From Octopus vulgaris (taxonomy: Eukaryota), in assembly GCA_951406725.2 (NCBI GenBank), contig OX597814.1:99572001-99636000 (forward strand): 64,000 nucleotides of DNA. The letters run 5' to 3'. The notes below the pieces were generated by a model. The model did not search any database, was not told the origin of the DNA, and saw only the letters and a list, made by a program, of their open reading frames with translations. Below, piece after piece: positions 59,864 to 64,000 of the stretch. Each line of letters opens with the position of its first letter. The first letter of the stretch is position 1. Made by a program: the position numbers and the translations under genes.

Positions 59864-60470
59864 CGTTTATAAATAATACCGGCACCCATAGCCCTTGGTA
59901 ACAAATTCTGAAATAGCCTTTAAGATATCTACGATTAACCACTGCAAGGGGAATTACTCCTGTAAGACAAACGGGGCTTGGTTTTCTCACAGCGGGGGGT
60001 TTCCTTGACAAGGCAGGCTTAGATGAAAACACACACACACATAAAACATAATATATATATATTTTTTTATTTTTTTCTTTCTGCCACCCAACGGTTATCA
60101 CGGCAGTAGCCACTGACAGCCGAACGATCAAACGCACACACGTACACAAAAAATGTTTTCTACCCCTACGCCAACACACACATATATAGAACAGTATACA
60201 CACACACACGTCTCTAAGTAGATTTTTTCTCGCCTCTTATAAAACATCCAATATTCCTTAAATAGTCAGAACTTTATTCTCGGTCACAAAGAACATCTAT
60301 ACACCCTCACCCACATGATTGACCGATGCCTGACCCGTTGAATTCTTCAGCCACCGGTTCTCAACATACACTGATAAACAGTTTCGCCATGGGCTCTTAG
60401 GAGCACAGTTCGATTTGTTTTTTGCTCCGCCTCTGTTCTGTTTTTGTTTTTCCAACGGATTTCCTTTTTC

Positions 60471-60550
60471 TTCCTGAAGAGAAAGACACAATATGGTCCC
60501 ATTATTCAATCGGATTTTGGTAATTTGTGCCTTTCGAAACACGTGTAGAA
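60471..60550 (+). ncRNA. Type I hammerhead ribozyme in the PLE 3' terminal region
   Basis: TTC-CTGAAGA-GAAAG.CACAA...TTGTG.CTTTC-GAAAC-ACGT-GTA-GAA. Confidence 0.8.
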
Positions 60551-60629
60551 TGAAATAAAACGATTTCTGTTCAATCTGCGTTCAGCTCCATTTCTTCAAT
60601 TCACCAATAATATATATATATATATATAT

Positions 60630-61127
<498 letters not shown>

Positions 61128-61272
61128 TACTACAGCCTCGGGGCGACCAAACCCTTGTGAGTGGAATTGATATACGGAAACCGAAAGAAGCCCGTCGTAT
61201 ACATGTATATATATATATTTTATTTCATTTCATCTAGTTTCAGCTCACGAACTGTGACCATGCTGGGGCACC

Positions 61273-61310
<38 letters not shown>

Positions 61311-61312
<2 letters not shown>

Positions 61313-61581
61313 AAATACAAAATAGGACAGGAACGCAAAACATCTGGACAACTAGGTGATACAAAAGGGGACAACAGAACATCCAGATAAACGATACAAA
61401 AAAAAAACAACAAAAAAAACGCGGACGGGTCATTCGAAGCCTTTTATCTTGACGGAAGATAAAAGGGTCCGAGTGACCCGTCCGTGTTTTTTTTTTGTAT
61501 CGTCTATCTGGATGTTCTGTTGTCCCCTTTTGTATCACATAGTTGTCCAGATGTTTTGCGTTCTTGTCCTATTTTGTATTT

Positions 61582-61583
<2 letters not shown>
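61311..61583. repeat. 273-bp near-perfect palindrome inserted in (TA)n
   Basis: Arms TAAAATACAAAATAGGACA...CTTTTATCTT and its reverse complement, 5-nt loop at 61451-61455. Confidence 0.9.
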
Positions 61584-61637
<54 letters not shown>

Positions 61638-61952
61638 GCATATATATATTTATGTGTATGTGTGTGTTAGTCCACCCCACCATCACTTATCCACGTAACT
61701 TAGCGGTTCGGCAAAAGAAACCGATAGTATAAGTACTAGATTTACAAAAAACAAGTTCTCTTGTCGATTTGTTCGACTAAAGGTGGTGCTCAAGCATGGC
61801 CGCATCAAATGACTGAAGCAAGTAAAAGAATAAAAGAATTGTATAGATTTAACCGGTGTAGTATATGTCTTGAATAGGATTTGATTAACTATTATATATA
61901 TATGCGTGGTGTTCAATCAAATAATAATATAAATATGTATATGTATATGTAT

Positions 61953-61984
<32 letters not shown>

Positions 61985-62078
61985 ATGTAGTTATGTATGT
62001 ATGTATATATATGTATGTGTATATATATGAATATATATATATATTCATATATATACACATATATATATATATATATAT

Positions 62079-62149
<71 letters not shown>

Positions 62150-63409
62150 CTTGCATAAATATGCATATATGGGTACAGGACGTCACCAACAGTAAACAAC
62201 ATGAAATTCGAAAACAAACGAAAAAAGAAACAAATGGAAAACAGGACAGGTAACGCAAAGAACGACCCTTCAACAGTTGTCGGCTATCTACTCCTCATTT
62301 CGAGCATTGAACTGTAATATGAGTCTTCGAAGACAGTTGTTCCCATAAGTACCAAAGTAAAATTTAGGATTTGTCGAGGGTCACACTTGGGAACAAAACA
62401 GGACAGTGGAGAGATACAAGGAAACCGAACGAAAACGAACATGGAGTAATGGAGTGTATTTGTTCGACTAAAATCCCTCCATGGTGGTGCTCTAGCATGG
62501 CCGCACTCAAACACCCAAAACAACTGAAAGACTAAAAGAATATACTGCATTATTTTCCTTCTCTGGATTTATTCTGTATACTTCATTCTCCGTTCATCGT
62601 TCTCAAGATTCCCGCCTCTATCTCTTAACCTTTTTACTTCGTTACCTTCCTTACTTTATAATCTGTCTCCCACTTTTTATCCCTTTCTCCGACTGACAAT
62701 CTCTGTCTCTGATTACCTATTCGTATCTACATTAAATTGTTATTATTTTCCCCCACTTCCTTATCTACTCGAATACAGTTTATTCTGAGCTTCTCAAAAC
62801 TCTCTTCTCTCTTCCTCTTCTTAATCTCTTTATCACTCTTTCTCCTCAGTTCAAGCCTCACTCGCTCTCTCACGCCTTCTCTCTCACTCTGACATCTCTA
62901 CTTTTCATCTTTCTAATTTCCTTGTTAAATCGGTCAATCTCTCGTTTCAGGCCGTTTCCAAAGCTAAGAGAGAAAAGACGTCATCTAACACGCGATGTGG
63001 GACCCAGTTGCACCGTGGAAACTGACCAAAAGTTATTTTCATTATCTATACCGTTTCCCTTTCTTTCTCTCTTATTCCATTTCACTGCCTTATATCTCTC
63101 TCGCGCTCTCTCACCCTCTCTCTCCTTCACTTTCTCTCTCTGTGTTTCTCTCTCACTCTGCTCCCAGCATTTCGATCACACATTCACGCCAAAACATATA
63201 TTATTGTTTAAAGACATTCAATATATCTCTATAAATATATATGCATATATTCAAATCTCTCTCTCCTCTCTCTCTCTCCTCTCTCTCTTCTCTCTCTCTC
63301 TCTCTCCTCTCTCTCTTCTCTCTCTATCTATCTATCTGTAACTATATATGTGTGCAAACACATTTATAAATATACATACCTACATACATAGATACATGCT
63401 TACATACAT

Positions 63410-63543
<134 letters not shown>

Positions 63544-64000
63544 TAGCGTGTACGTCTATGCACGCGCGTGTGTATATACGTAGTGGGATTGTCTTTGTAT
63601 GCACGTAACTGTGTTTTGTATATGCGCATTATATATAGGTATATGTATGTATGCATGTATGTATGTATGTATGTATATATATATGTTTGTGTGTATATAT
63701 ACACAAGAATATACATATATAAATATATAATGCTTGTGACCATTTTCATTATCAAACTCCCCACCACTCACTATCACTATCCTTTCTACTTCCCCAACAT
63801 CACCACCATCCAAAACCACCACCACCACAACCACCAACACAGCCACCATCACACTGCCTGATGCTCCGCTTGTCTTGAAACTATGACTGACGAGGAATAA
63901 ACCCAAACATTATAACTGTCGCGATTGGGCAACCTGCCCATTAGTGTCATGTAATATCGTCCAAACATAGGATGCTACAGAACCTCAACGGCGTCAAATA

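Noticed and set aside
62280-62340. Degenerate hammerhead-like motif on the minus strand
   Set aside because: The core is altered (TCGAAGA) and stems II and III are unconvincing

Overview
This is AT-rich, microsatellite-dense eukaryotic DNA made almost entirely of transposable-element sequence. The SINE/SSR landscape looks cephalopod (Octopus-like), which is my inference. No host gene can be supported. The main structure is a 13-kb head-to-tail stack of three non-LTR retroelements, all inserted at the same position (+23, just after the A box) of one tRNA-derived SINE and separated by copies of a 15-bp target duplication (AAGTAGCTTGCTAAC). Two members are a Tx1-clade LINE: A1, whose only disruptions are homopolymer indels, and A2, which is decayed. 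Between them is a 2-kb ORF1-only relative (B) that shares the LINE's 3' hairpin and target site. All three carry an apparent GT-AG intron in the 5' UTR. In the LINE, ORF2 is bracketed by a 16-19-nt inverted repeat, and none of the three has a poly(A) tail. The window also has a near-intact mariner, Penelope-like element (PLE) fragments with inverted terminal arms and hammerhead ribozyme motifs, Tigger/pogo and Helitron remnants, many SINEs and a 6.8-kb (TA)n array.
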